NCBI GenBank assembly: GCA_964594835.1 | Contig: CAZQNA010000007.1 | Span: 52,058 to 116,057 of the forward strand | Reading direction: 5' to 3' | DNA: 64,000 bases | DNA from: an uncultured Nitrososphaerota archaeon | GTDB taxonomy: Archaea > Korarchaeota > Korarchaeia > Korarchaeales > Korarchaeaceae | Part shown: positions 56,183 through 64,000 of the stretch, piece by piece | How the letters are laid out: the number at the start of each line of letters is the position of its first letter | Position numbering within the stretch: the stretch's first letter is position 1 | The notes under the pieces: generated by a model | Database searches by the model: none | The model's input: the letters and a program-made list of their open reading frames with translations, nothing else | What the model was told of the DNA's origin: nothing | Program-made: the position numbers and the translations under genes

Positions 56183-56374
56183 ATGGCCGCTGAGCCAGGA
56201 GAGAACAAGGTACGCGAGATTTACGAGCTTCTGCCTAAGCTTAACTGCGGAGCCTGCGGATATTCATCCTGCTGGGAGTGCGCCCGGGCCATCGTATCTG
56301 GGCTGGCTCCCCCCGATGCCTGTAGGGTTGCAGGCAGGTCTCTATCCCCCCAGATTCAGCGTGTTCTGAGCTAG
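56183..56374 (+). CDS. Stand-alone putative 4Fe-4S domain (RnfB/CdhE N-terminal type)
   Basis: LLPKLNCGACGYSSC..A.AIVSG...C motif. Confidence 0.7.
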   Translation: MAAEPGENKVREIYELLPKLNCGACGYSSCWECARAIVSGLAPPDACRVAGRSLSPQIQRVLS

Positions 56375-56444
56375 CGACGATATGTTGCCTCTAGGGCGGC
56401 GGGCTGATCCACAACAGCCCGCTATCAGTCCCAGCGGCCAACTG

Positions 56445-57341
56445 CTATCCCTCAGCCGAAACCCCCGACTCGCTGAACGTTAGAACAGACCCTACGTGCC
56501 CATCTCCGTAGGCGCCTGGCATGGCCTCCTGGAAAAAGGACCGAGCCCTGTCCCCCGAGCAGTGAACCGGCGCGACGAACTCCACGCCCAGAGACCTGAA
56601 CACCCGGGCTATCCCCTCGAGCCTTCCTCTGCTGGCGGACCCCAGGTGAAATCCGCCGATCACCGCGTACAGCCTGACTCTCAGTATCTCCGAGGCCCTC
56701 TGGGCCATGTTCTCCACTTTGGGGTGGGCGCAGCCAGTTATTAGGACCGCTCCGAGGCCGCTGACGTTGATCACCAGTCCCTGTTCGGCCGGTGGGCCCC
56801 ACATGCTCCCCGTCGTCCAGACTCCCGTGGAGATCTCCGTCGGGTCCTCGAGTTCGACGACCTCAAAGCCCATGGACCTTATCCGATCCTGGATGGACGA
56901 ATCCATGCCCCCAGGAACGTACACTCGCAGGCCCGGGGGGAGGGCCGACAGGCCGCCGACGTGGTCGCCGTGCTCGTGTGAGACGACCACAAGGTCGATG
57001 TCCGAGAGGTTCACCCCGAGCCTCTCCGCATTTTGCTCTAGGACCCCGGGATCTGGACCCGAGTCAAACAGTATCCTGACGCCGTCGGCCTCCACGAGGG
57101 CGGAGAATCCCCAGGCCGTCCTCAGGCCCGCCGGGCCCGGGTTGTTGTCCACCAATAGGGTTATCCTCAAGGTCCCGACCGACCCGGACAGAGGGGAGGG
57201 CGGGGGAGATGACTGCCCCAGCGGGACAGTCCTCCTCGGACCAGACCTGCTGAAGAAGGCGAGAGCCGAGGCGGCCGCAAGACCCACCAGAGTTGAGGCG
57301 AGGAGTCTCCTGGACCAGGGGGCCACGAGGCCCCATGGCAA
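56445..57341 (-). CDS. MBL-fold hydrolase (COG1237-like) with N-terminal anchor
   Basis: WGFS, LFDSG, SHEHGDHVGG, TGCAHP, IGGFHL, HCSG. Confidence 0.88.
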   Translation of the reverse strand: MPWGLVAPWSRRLLASTLVGLAAASALAFFSRSGPRRTVPLGQSSPPPSPLSGSVGTLRITLLVDNNPGPAGLRTAWGFSALVEADGVRILFDSGPDPGVLEQNAERLGVNLSDIDLVVVSHEHGDHVGGLSALPPGLRVYVPGGMDSSIQDRIRSMGFEVVELEDPTEISTGVWTTGSMWGPPAEQGLVINVSGLGAVLITGCAHPKVENMAQRASEILRVRLYAVIGGFHLGSASRGRLEGIARVFRSLGVEFVAPVHCSGDRARSFFQEAMPGAYGDGHVGSVLTFSESGVSAEG

Positions 57342-57401
57342 GAGGTACGTATAACCTCTCCGCAGAGGTTGCCGTGAAAAAGGTGGGTGAAGGCGGGGCA
57401 G

Positions 57402-58751
57402 TCAGCCGTATATCTTCCCTTCAGGCGGTTTTGGGATGACCCCAGACTTCACCAGGGCGTCCATCTGCTCCCTCGCCCTCCTGATCATGAACTCGGCCTT
57501 CTCGTAGAGCTCGTCCCTGCTGTAGGTCTCCCTGGCCACGCCCTGCTCTATGGCCTTCATCGCCACGGCGACGGCGACCCTCGGGTAGACCTCCCACTCC
57601 TCCATGGTCGGGATTATGTACTCCTCGTGGATCCCCCTCTCCTCGGCGAACCTGGCCAGCTCGAACGCGGCAGCTGCAGCCATCTCGTCCGTGATGGTCC
57701 TGGCCTTCACGTCCAGCGCGCCCCTGAAGACGGACGGGAAGACGAGGCTGTTGTTCACCTGGTTCGGGAAGTCGCTCCTCCCGGTGGCCACTACCCTGGC
57801 GCCGGCCTCCTTCGCATCCCACGGCCAGATCTCCGGGACCGGGTTCGCCTCAACGAACACTATCGGGTCGGGCGCCATGCCCCTGATCCACTCCTTCTTG
57901 ATCACGTCTGGCCCCGGCTTCGAGGCCGCGATCACGACGTCCATGTCCTTAAGGGCCTCGGGTATGTTCCCCGTCCTCCCCTCTGCGTTGGTCTTGACCG
58001 CCCACTCGTACTTCCACGGGTTCTTCTCCTTCAGCTGCTCCATGTCCGGCCTGTCCCTGTGGAGGATGCCCTTCGAGTCCACCATGACCCACTTCTTCGG
58101 GTCCCCGCCGGCGACCTCGATCACCCTCGCGCTGGCTATGTTGGCCGCCCCGCACCCGATGAACGCTATCTTGGCCTTGCTGAGCTTCCTGTCCGTCAGC
58201 TTGAGGGCGTTGATCAGCCCGGCGAGGGTGGCGCCAGCGGTGCCCTGCTGGTCGTCGTGCCAGACGCAGATCTCGGTCTCCTTCCTCAGCCTCTCGAGGA
58301 TGTAGAAGCACTTGGGCGAGGAGATGTCCTCTAGGTTCACGCCGCCTACGGCGGGCTCCATGGCCTTCACTATCTCGATGAACCTGTCGGGATCCTTCTC
58401 GGCTATCGGGAGCGGGAACGCGTCCACGCCGCCCAGGTACTTGAAGATGAGGGCCTTCCCCTCCATGACGGGCATGCTGGCCTCCGGCCCTATGTCCCCC
58501 AGGCCCAGGACCCTGGTCCCGTCCGTCACGACCAGGATGGTGTTCCACCTGTTGGTGTACTTGAAGCTCAGCTCCCTGTCCCTGGCTATGGCCCGGCAGA
58601 CCTCGGCCACGCCAGGCGTGTACCAGACCGCGAAGTCCCTGAGCGCGAACACTGGGACCCTGGGGGCTACCTCGATCTTGCCCCCGTAGAACTTGGCGAA
58701 CTTGATGGCCAACTCATAAGGCTTGTTTACCTCCGACTCCTTCTCTCCCAT
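57402..58751 (-). CDS. NAD(P)-dependent malic enzyme
   Basis: YTPGVA, TDGTRVLGLGDIG, PVMEGK, NLEDI, HDDQQGT, ATGRSDFPNQVNN; ATG 58751. Confidence 0.95.
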   Translation of the reverse strand: MGEKESEVNKPYELAIKFAKFYGGKIEVAPRVPVFALRDFAVWYTPGVAEVCRAIARDRELSFKYTNRWNTILVVTDGTRVLGLGDIGPEASMPVMEGKALIFKYLGGVDAFPLPIAEKDPDRFIEIVKAMEPAVGGVNLEDISSPKCFYILERLRKETEICVWHDDQQGTAGATLAGLINALKLTDRKLSKAKIAFIGCGAANIASARVIEVAGGDPKKWVMVDSKGILHRDRPDMEQLKEKNPWKYEWAVKTNAEGRTGNIPEALKDMDVVIAASKPGPDVIKKEWIRGMAPDPIVFVEANPVPEIWPWDAKEAGARVVATGRSDFPNQVNNSLVFPSVFRGALDVKARTITDEMAAAAAFELARFAEERGIHEEYIIPTMEEWEVYPRVAVAVAMKAIEQGVARETYSRDELYEKAEFMIRRAREQMDALVKSGVIPKPPEGKIYG

Positions 58752-58864
58752 AGGGACCAGCCGAGAGGCGATGTCGCCATAATGTAAAAATATTTGCCTA
58801 ACAGGACGGCCCGAGATCGGCATGCCGCGCAACCCGTTTTAGGACCCTCCCGTCGGGGACTTCG

Positions 58865-59056
58865 ATGCCTGAAGAGATCGAGGTGCATGGAGAGGCCGTT
58901 AAGGTCAAGCTGGATTGCGAGCAGGTGGCGGCCTCTCTCCTCCCGGCCATAGAACTCCCCGGGGAGGAGATCGGCAGGCTGGAGGACCTGCTCGCCCAGA
59001 TGGAGATGGGGGAGTACGAGGATCTGAGGAGCTACATGCGGCGGGTGGGGCCGTGA
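58865..59056 (+). CDS. Small acidic hypothetical protein (antitoxin-like)
   Basis: 63 aa, acidic, EMGEYEDL tail; convergent with the RelE-like gene. Confidence 0.45.
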   Translation: MPEEIEVHGEAVKVKLDCEQVAASLLPAIELPGEEIGRLEDLLAQMEMGEYEDLRSYMRRVGP

Positions 59057-59063
59057 GGGAGAA

Positions 59064-59321
59064 TCAGAACTCCTCGATCAGGTCGAGGACCTCTATCCTC
59101 CTCTGCCCCCAGTCGACGTGATACACGAGCCGGATGCCCCCCAGGTCGGCCGCGATGTAGCCGAGGTGGCCCCTGACCCTCCGGAGCCTCCCCTGGCCGA
59201 GCGGAGTGGCCGTCTCCTCGAGGTGCCTGAGGAACTCCACTATCCTGCTCCGCGGCACCTCGTCCAGCTCGGATATCTTCTGAGCGGCAGCGCGAGAGAG
59301 CCTGACCTCGTAGAGCGGCAT
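59064..59321 (-). CDS. RelE/ParE-fold protein (degenerate)
   Basis: YEVRLSRAAAQKISELD..RIVEFL..L, GGIRLVYHVD. Confidence 0.6.
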   Translation of the reverse strand: MPLYEVRLSRAAAQKISELDEVPRSRIVEFLRHLEETATPLGQGRLRRVRGHLGYIAADLGGIRLVYHVDWGQRRIEVLDLIEEF

Positions 59322-59418
59322 CGGGGAGGGGGCCGCCCCGCAGTCAAAACCTTTTCAGGGCATCGCCGCGCTCCCCCGCTAAGGTTTTACGGGTCGGTCG
59401 AAGGCGCCGCGCAGAGCC

Positions 59419-60447
59419 TTGGGGCTACCGCTGGCAAAGCTCGTCAAGCCCAAGAAGACCTCCCTCAGCTCCCTCTCCGGCAGGGTCCTGGCGATAGACG
59501 CCTTCAACGCGATCTACCAGTTCCTCGCGCTGATCAGGAGGGGGCCGGGCATCCCCCTGACCGACGGCTGGGGGAGAGTGACCTCCCACCTCAACGGCCT
59601 CCTGTTCAGGACCGTGAGGCTCATCGAGATCGGGATAAGGCCGGTCTACGTGTTTGACGGGCCCCCGCCGGACTTCAAGCGGAGGACGCTGGAGGAGAGG
59701 AGGGTCGTCAAGGAGAGGGCCGAGAGGGAGTGGGTGGAGGCTCTCGCTAAGGGCGACTTCAGGACCGCGTGGGCCAAGGCCGTCCAGACCAGCAGGCTGA
59801 CCCCGTCCATGGCGGACGACGCGAAGAGGCTGCTCGACCTGATGGGAGTCCCCTGGGTCCAGGCTCCCAGCGAGGGGGAGGCCCAGGCCGCCCACATGGC
59901 GGCCAGGGGGGACGTGTGGGCCGCGGCCAGTCAGGACTACGACTCCCTCCTCTTCGGATCCCCCAGGCTGGTGAGGAACGTGACGATAACAGGGAGGAGG
60001 TACTACAGGAAGAGGCCCGGCTACTATAGGCTCGAGCCGGAGCTGATAGTCCTCGAGGAGCTCCTGAACTCGCTGGAGATCACGAGGGAGCAGCTCGTCG
60101 ACATGGCCATCCTCATGGGGACGGACTACAACGAGGGGGTGAGGGGAGTGGGCCCTGTGAGGGCCCTGAGGCTCATCAGGGAGTACGGCTCCCTCCAGGA
60201 GGTTATGGAGAAGACGGGGATGAGGCCAGACCCAGACCTGGACCTCGACGCCGTCAGGAGGTTCTTCCTGAACCCTCCCGTCACGGATGACTACCGCCTC
60301 GAGTGGAGGCCCCCCGACGAGGAGGGGCTCCTCCGGTTCCTGTGCGACGAGAGAGACTTCTCGAGGAGGAGGGTTAGGTCAGCCATTGACAGGCTCAGGT
60401 CGGCGTTCAGGTCGGGGGAGGGCGGGACTCTGGAGGACTTCTGGTGA
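59419..60447 (+). CDS. fen: Flap endonuclease 1
   Basis: IDAFNAIYQFL, TSHLNG, VFDG, APSEGEAQAA, SQDYD, GTDYN; C-terminal PIP-like TLEDFW. Confidence 0.96.
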   Translation: MGLPLAKLVKPKKTSLSSLSGRVLAIDAFNAIYQFLALIRRGPGIPLTDGWGRVTSHLNGLLFRTVRLIEIGIRPVYVFDGPPPDFKRRTLEERRVVKERAEREWVEALAKGDFRTAWAKAVQTSRLTPSMADDAKRLLDLMGVPWVQAPSEGEAQAAHMAARGDVWAAASQDYDSLLFGSPRLVRNVTITGRRYYRKRPGYYRLEPELIVLEELLNSLEITREQLVDMAILMGTDYNEGVRGVGPVRALRLIREYGSLQEVMEKTGMRPDPDLDLDAVRRFFLNPPVTDDYRLEWRPPDEEGLLRFLCDERDFSRRRVRSAIDRLRSAFRSGEGGTLEDFW

Positions 60448-60699
60448 CCCCCCGCCCACCGGGGGGAAGAGAGCGAACTCGTCGCCGTCCCTAACCCTCT
60501 CTCCCGGCTTAGGCCAGCGGCCGCCCCTCATGAGTATGTAGTCCTCATTCTCAAGCCTCTTTCTGAGCTCAGGATACATCTCAGAGATCTTCTCGAGCAT
60601 GTCAGCCACCGTGGCCCCGTCTGGTAGGTTAAGAGTTATCTCCCCGCCCCTGACCACCTCGCGAAAGTACATGTAGGGCTTGACCTTCACGATGGGCAT
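60379..60699 (-). CDS. MoaD/ThiS/SAMP ubiquitin-like sulfur carrier with C-terminal extension after GG
   Basis: GATVADML, DGDEFALFPPVGGG followed by 22 extra residues; ATG 60699. Confidence 0.85.
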   Translation of the reverse strand: MPIVKVKPYMYFREVVRGGEITLNLPDGATVADMLEKISEMYPELRKRLENEDYILMRGGRWPKPGERVRDGDEFALFPPVGGGSPEVLQSPALPRPERRPEPVNG

Positions 60700-60822
60700 T
60701 CCACCACCTCCGTTATCCATTTGGGAATAACGCTCTCGGCATTTTCGTTAAATTCTTTGAGAGATAAACCTTTTTTGAATTTCCCCCGCTGGATAACCCA
60801 GCCAAAGCTGGGAGGTGCTGTT

Positions 60823-62691
60823 TTGCCGCCTGGTGGCTACATGGGCAGGTTCGTGAGGGTCAACCTCACGGAGGGAAAGGTCCGGGTTGAGAACCTGTTC
60901 GACTACCTGCCTGAGAGCGTCCTGAGGAAGTGGATAGGCGGGCGGGGCCTGGGAGTCTACCTCATGCTGAAGGAGGTCGACCCTAAGGTAGACCCCCTGA
61001 GCCCGGACAACAAGGCCTTCGTCATGACTGGGCCAGTCACGGGGATCGAGGCGGGCCTCGAGGCCGGGAGGTGGTGCAGCGTCACCAAGTCCCCGGAGAC
61101 CAACACGGTCCACGACTCCCAGTCCGGCGGGAAGTTCGGCCCCTATCTCAAGTTCGCAGGCTTCGACTTCGTGGTGCTGGAGGGCGCCTCCGACGAGCCC
61201 GTCTACCTGTATCTTGAGGGAGGGAGGGCCGAGCTGAGGGACGCGAGGGACCTGTGGGGCAGGGACACCCACGCCACCACCAGGATCCTGATGGAGAGGC
61301 ACGGCAAGGACATCTCGGTCGCCACCATAGGGCCGGCCGGGGAGAACCTGGCGAAGATAGCGTGCATCATTAACGAGGAGGGCAGGGCTGCCGGAAGGGG
61401 AGGGCACGGGGCCGTCTGGGGCAGCAAGAAGTTCAAGGCCATCGTGGCGAAGCCGGGCCTCAAGCCCCAGCCCGCGGACCCGGACAAGCTTAAGGAGGTC
61501 ATAAGGGAGGCCCTGGAGAAGAAGAAGGCCAGCGGCGTCACCAACGAGGCCCTGCCCGCGTACGGGACCGCGGTGCTCGTGAACATAATCAACGAGGCTG
61601 GCATATTCCCGACCAACAACTTCCAGTACGGCCAGTTCGAGAAGGCCAAGGAGATAAGCGGGGAGACGATGGCCGAGAAGATCCTGGTCAGGAAGCAGCC
61701 GTGCTGGGGCTGCGTGATCGCCTGCGGCAGGTACACCAGGATCACCTGGCCTCCGTTCCAGGGTGTGGGAGACGGCCCGGAGTACGAGACCGTCTGGGCC
61801 CTCGGAGCGAATGTCGGCGTCGGAGACCTGGGCGCAGTGGACAAGGCCAACTTCCTCTGCAACGAGCTCGGCCTGGACACCATCAGCATGGGGGACGCCA
61901 TCGCCGTGGCCATGGAGCTGTACGAGAAGGACTGGCTGCCGAAGGAGAAGCTCGAGGGGGTTGAGCTCAAGTTCGGCAACGCCGGGGCGCTGGTCGAGGC
62001 CGTCTGGCGAACCGCCTACCGCTCAGGCATTGGAGACGACCTAGCCGAGGGAGGCTACAGGCTGGCCAAGAAGTACGGCCACCCGGAGATAGCCCCGCAG
62101 GTCAGGGGGCAGTGCCTGCCCGCCTACGACCCGAGGGGAGTCCAGGGACACGCCCTCGCCTACGCCACCAGCAACAGGGGAGGCTGCCACCTGAGGGCAT
62201 ACCTGATCTCTCCGGAGATCCTGGGCGTGCCCGAGAAGCTCGACCCGTACACCACCGAGGGCAAGCCCAAGTGGGTCAAGGAGTTCCAGGATGCCTTCGC
62301 CGCGCTGGACAGCATGATCGTGTGCAAGTTCACCACGTTTGCCTACTGGGTCGATGACCTGGCGAAGCAGCTGTCGGTCGTGACCGGGTGGGGCGTCTCG
62401 GCGGAGGAGTTCGCCACCATAGGGGAGAGGATCTACAACGCCGAGAGGGTCTTCAACGTGCTCAGCTTCGGCGACGGCGAGGAGTACGACAGGCTGCCCG
62501 ACAGGTTCACCAAGACCCCGATGCCGGCCGGACCGAGCGCGGGCCACGTCGCCAAGATAGACGAGATGCTGCCGGAGTACTACAACCTCAGGGGCTGGGT
62601 CAAGGGCAGGCCCACCAGGGAGACCCTCGAGCACCTCGGCCTCAAGGAGTTCGCCGACAGGCTCGAGTCGGAGGGGCTGCTCCCGGCCTGA
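60823..62691 (+). CDS. aor: Tungsten-containing aldehyde:ferredoxin oxidoreductase family
   Basis: IGGRGLG, KSPET, IGPAGE, GRGGHGAVWGSK, CWGCVIAC, GPEYET, GLDTIS, RGGCH; TTG 60823 after GGAGGTG. Confidence 0.95.
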   Translation: MPPGGYMGRFVRVNLTEGKVRVENLFDYLPESVLRKWIGGRGLGVYLMLKEVDPKVDPLSPDNKAFVMTGPVTGIEAGLEAGRWCSVTKSPETNTVHDSQSGGKFGPYLKFAGFDFVVLEGASDEPVYLYLEGGRAELRDARDLWGRDTHATTRILMERHGKDISVATIGPAGENLAKIACIINEEGRAAGRGGHGAVWGSKKFKAIVAKPGLKPQPADPDKLKEVIREALEKKKASGVTNEALPAYGTAVLVNIINEAGIFPTNNFQYGQFEKAKEISGETMAEKILVRKQPCWGCVIACGRYTRITWPPFQGVGDGPEYETVWALGANVGVGDLGAVDKANFLCNELGLDTISMGDAIAVAMELYEKDWLPKEKLEGVELKFGNAGALVEAVWRTAYRSGIGDDLAEGGYRLAKKYGHPEIAPQVRGQCLPAYDPRGVQGHALAYATSNRGGCHLRAYLISPEILGVPEKLDPYTTEGKPKWVKEFQDAFAALDSMIVCKFTTFAYWVDDLAKQLSVVTGWGVSAEEFATIGERIYNAERVFNVLSFGDGEEYDRLPDRFTKTPMPAGPSAGHVAKIDEMLPEYYNLRGWVKGRPTRETLEHLGLKEFADRLESEGLLPA

Positions 62692-62716
62692 ATCCTCAAC
62701 CCCTCCCCTCTTTTTG
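62692..62716 (+). terminator. Putative pyrimidine/oligo-T terminator after aor
   Basis: CCCTCCCCTCTTTTT directly after the stop codon. Confidence 0.4.
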
Positions 62717-62745
62717 CCAGCTCGAAGCGAGCCTCGTCGGGGTCT

Positions 62746-63564
62746 CTACGAGGCCCCAGTGAAGGGGTGAGAGCGATCACGTTGCCCGTTAACGCTCGGA
62801 TTAAGGCCTGCAAGCCTTCGAGCGACGCCCTCCATCTCAGGCGGAACTTCCTCTAGAGGCTCTCCCTTCAGGCACCGCTCCACGATCTCCTCGTCGTAGC
62901 TAAGGGCGGCGAGCACGCGGTCGCCCTCCAAAGAACTCATCAAGAGTTCTTGGGATTCTCCCGATACCTTGTTCAAGACGAAGAACAGGTCCTTCCCAGC
63001 TTTGGCGGCCATCTCGCGCACCTTCTCGGTCAGGAGCACGGACTCGAAGGTGGGATCCACCACCATCAGGATGACGTCGCACGCCTCCTCCACACCCCTG
63101 CCGAAGTGCTCGACCCCCGCCTCTGTGTCAACCAAAATCACGTCCCCCCTTCGCAGTCTTATTCGCTTCAGAAACTCCTTTGCAAGGGCGTTGAGCGGGC
63201 ACGCGCAGCCCTCTCCGAACCCGGTGATCTTGCCCACGACCACCAAGTGCAGGCACCCCATTCGCGTCACGCACTCGTCTGGCAGACCATCTATCTCCCC
63301 CTCAAGGAAGCTCCAGTCCATCTCGCGGTAGCTCCTGAAGAGGGCCTCCGCGACGGAAGACCTGCCGCCAAGGAACTCCACCAGGGTCTTAGCGGGGGGA
63401 CTCAGGCCTAGGAACCTTGGGAGAGTGACGTTCGACTCGTCGGAGTCCACGACGAGCACCCTGAACCCGAGCCTAACCATCGCTTTTGCGAGGAACGTCA
63501 CGATCGTACTCTTGCCCGAACCGCCCTTTCCCATCACTAGGATCTTCGAACCGCCGCTGGCCAT
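62746..63564 (-). CDS. CooC-like P-loop ATPase (metal-insertion, MinD/ParA family)
   Basis: GKGGSGKS, DSD, GEGCACP, DTEAGVEHFGRG, LNKV. Confidence 0.88.
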   Translation of the reverse strand: MASGGSKILVMGKGGSGKSTIVTFLAKAMVRLGFRVLVVDSDESNVTLPRFLGLSPPAKTLVEFLGGRSSVAEALFRSYREMDWSFLEGEIDGLPDECVTRMGCLHLVVVGKITGFGEGCACPLNALAKEFLKRIRLRRGDVILVDTEAGVEHFGRGVEEACDVILMVVDPTFESVLLTEKVREMAAKAGKDLFFVLNKVSGESQELLMSSLEGDRVLAALSYDEEIVERCLKGEPLEEVPPEMEGVARRLAGLNPSVNGQRDRSHPFTGAS

Positions 63565-63771
63565 TGGCCTGTGAGGGGCTGGAGCCGTCTTCTATAAGTT
63601 CTACACTCACCACGAATGGCGCCCTGCCATGTTTCAAGCGGGGTTCCGAACGGAACTCTGGCCGGAAGGGCGGCACAGGCTCGTAGAGCCCCTCGGGCTG
63701 AATTCGTCGCCGCGGTACCCTGCTGCGACAAACTTTATCACGACGTTGTAAGGGCTGGCTTTGGAAGGGAG

Positions 63772-64000
63772 TTGCACTCTGTCAGGCTTCTAGGTGGTGT
63801 CTACATACCCGACGAGGAGTTCCCGAGGGAGGTTCACATCGAGCTGACGGCCAGGTGCAACCTGAACTGCGCGTTCTGCTACAGGCAGAGCTGGCCCGGC
63901 CCCTTCGAGGACATGGACATGGACCTCTTCCGCAGGCTGGTGGACGAGCTGGAGGAGCTGGGCGTCGAGACCGTCTGGCTCAGCGGGTGGGGCGAGCCCC
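63772..64000 (+). CDS. Radical SAM protein, 5' part (resembles W-cofactor oxidoreductase maturase)
   Basis: Own translation ..IELTARCNLNCAFCYRQSW..DMDMDLF..GWGEP; runs off the window end; not in the ORF track. Confidence 0.75.
   Translation, partial: MHSVRLLGGVYIPDEEFPREVHIELTARCNLNCAFCYRQSWPGPFEDMDMDLFRRLVDELEELGVETVWLSGWGEP

Overview
GC-rich archaeal chromosomal window. Archaeal origin is supported by FEN1, RNase HII, a TIP49/RuvBL helicase, an aIF-2B-like protein, Cdc48, archaeal Hsp20, MptA/MptE and a tungsten AOR. AGG/ATA codon use and TATA-type, often leaderless promoters suggest a thermophilic TACK-like lineage; this is inference. About 65 coding regions are present; I found no tRNA, rRNA, CRISPR array, integrase or transposase. 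Contents: two VapBC pairs, two A/T-richer surface-glycan islets (6.4-8.9 kb and 16.9-19.7 kb), a bactofilin-like protein, a pterin/folate cluster (DHPS, MptE, CofE-like ligase, MptA), glmS-TIP49, surface proteins, a heat-shock operon (HTH regulator-hsp20-cdc48) and a W-AOR/MoaD/CooC/radical-SAM region. The most notable element lies at 45.3-53.7 kb, next to the heat-shock operon. It consists of two convergent operons that share a palindromic operator (core AAC[C/T]-N4-GGTT). They encode a wHTH regulator, a soluble tandem GIFT(GldG/IFT52)-like protein, a membrane-anchored GIFT-like protein, a specialised Cdc48 paralogue (degenerate D1, Zn-ribbon insertion, no HbYX tail, 119 bp identical to the housekeeping cdc48) and a winged-helix + PspA/ESCRT-III-like coiled-coil protein. 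Together these form a candidate undescribed membrane stress/remodelling system. All family calls are by-eye motif recognition, not database searches.
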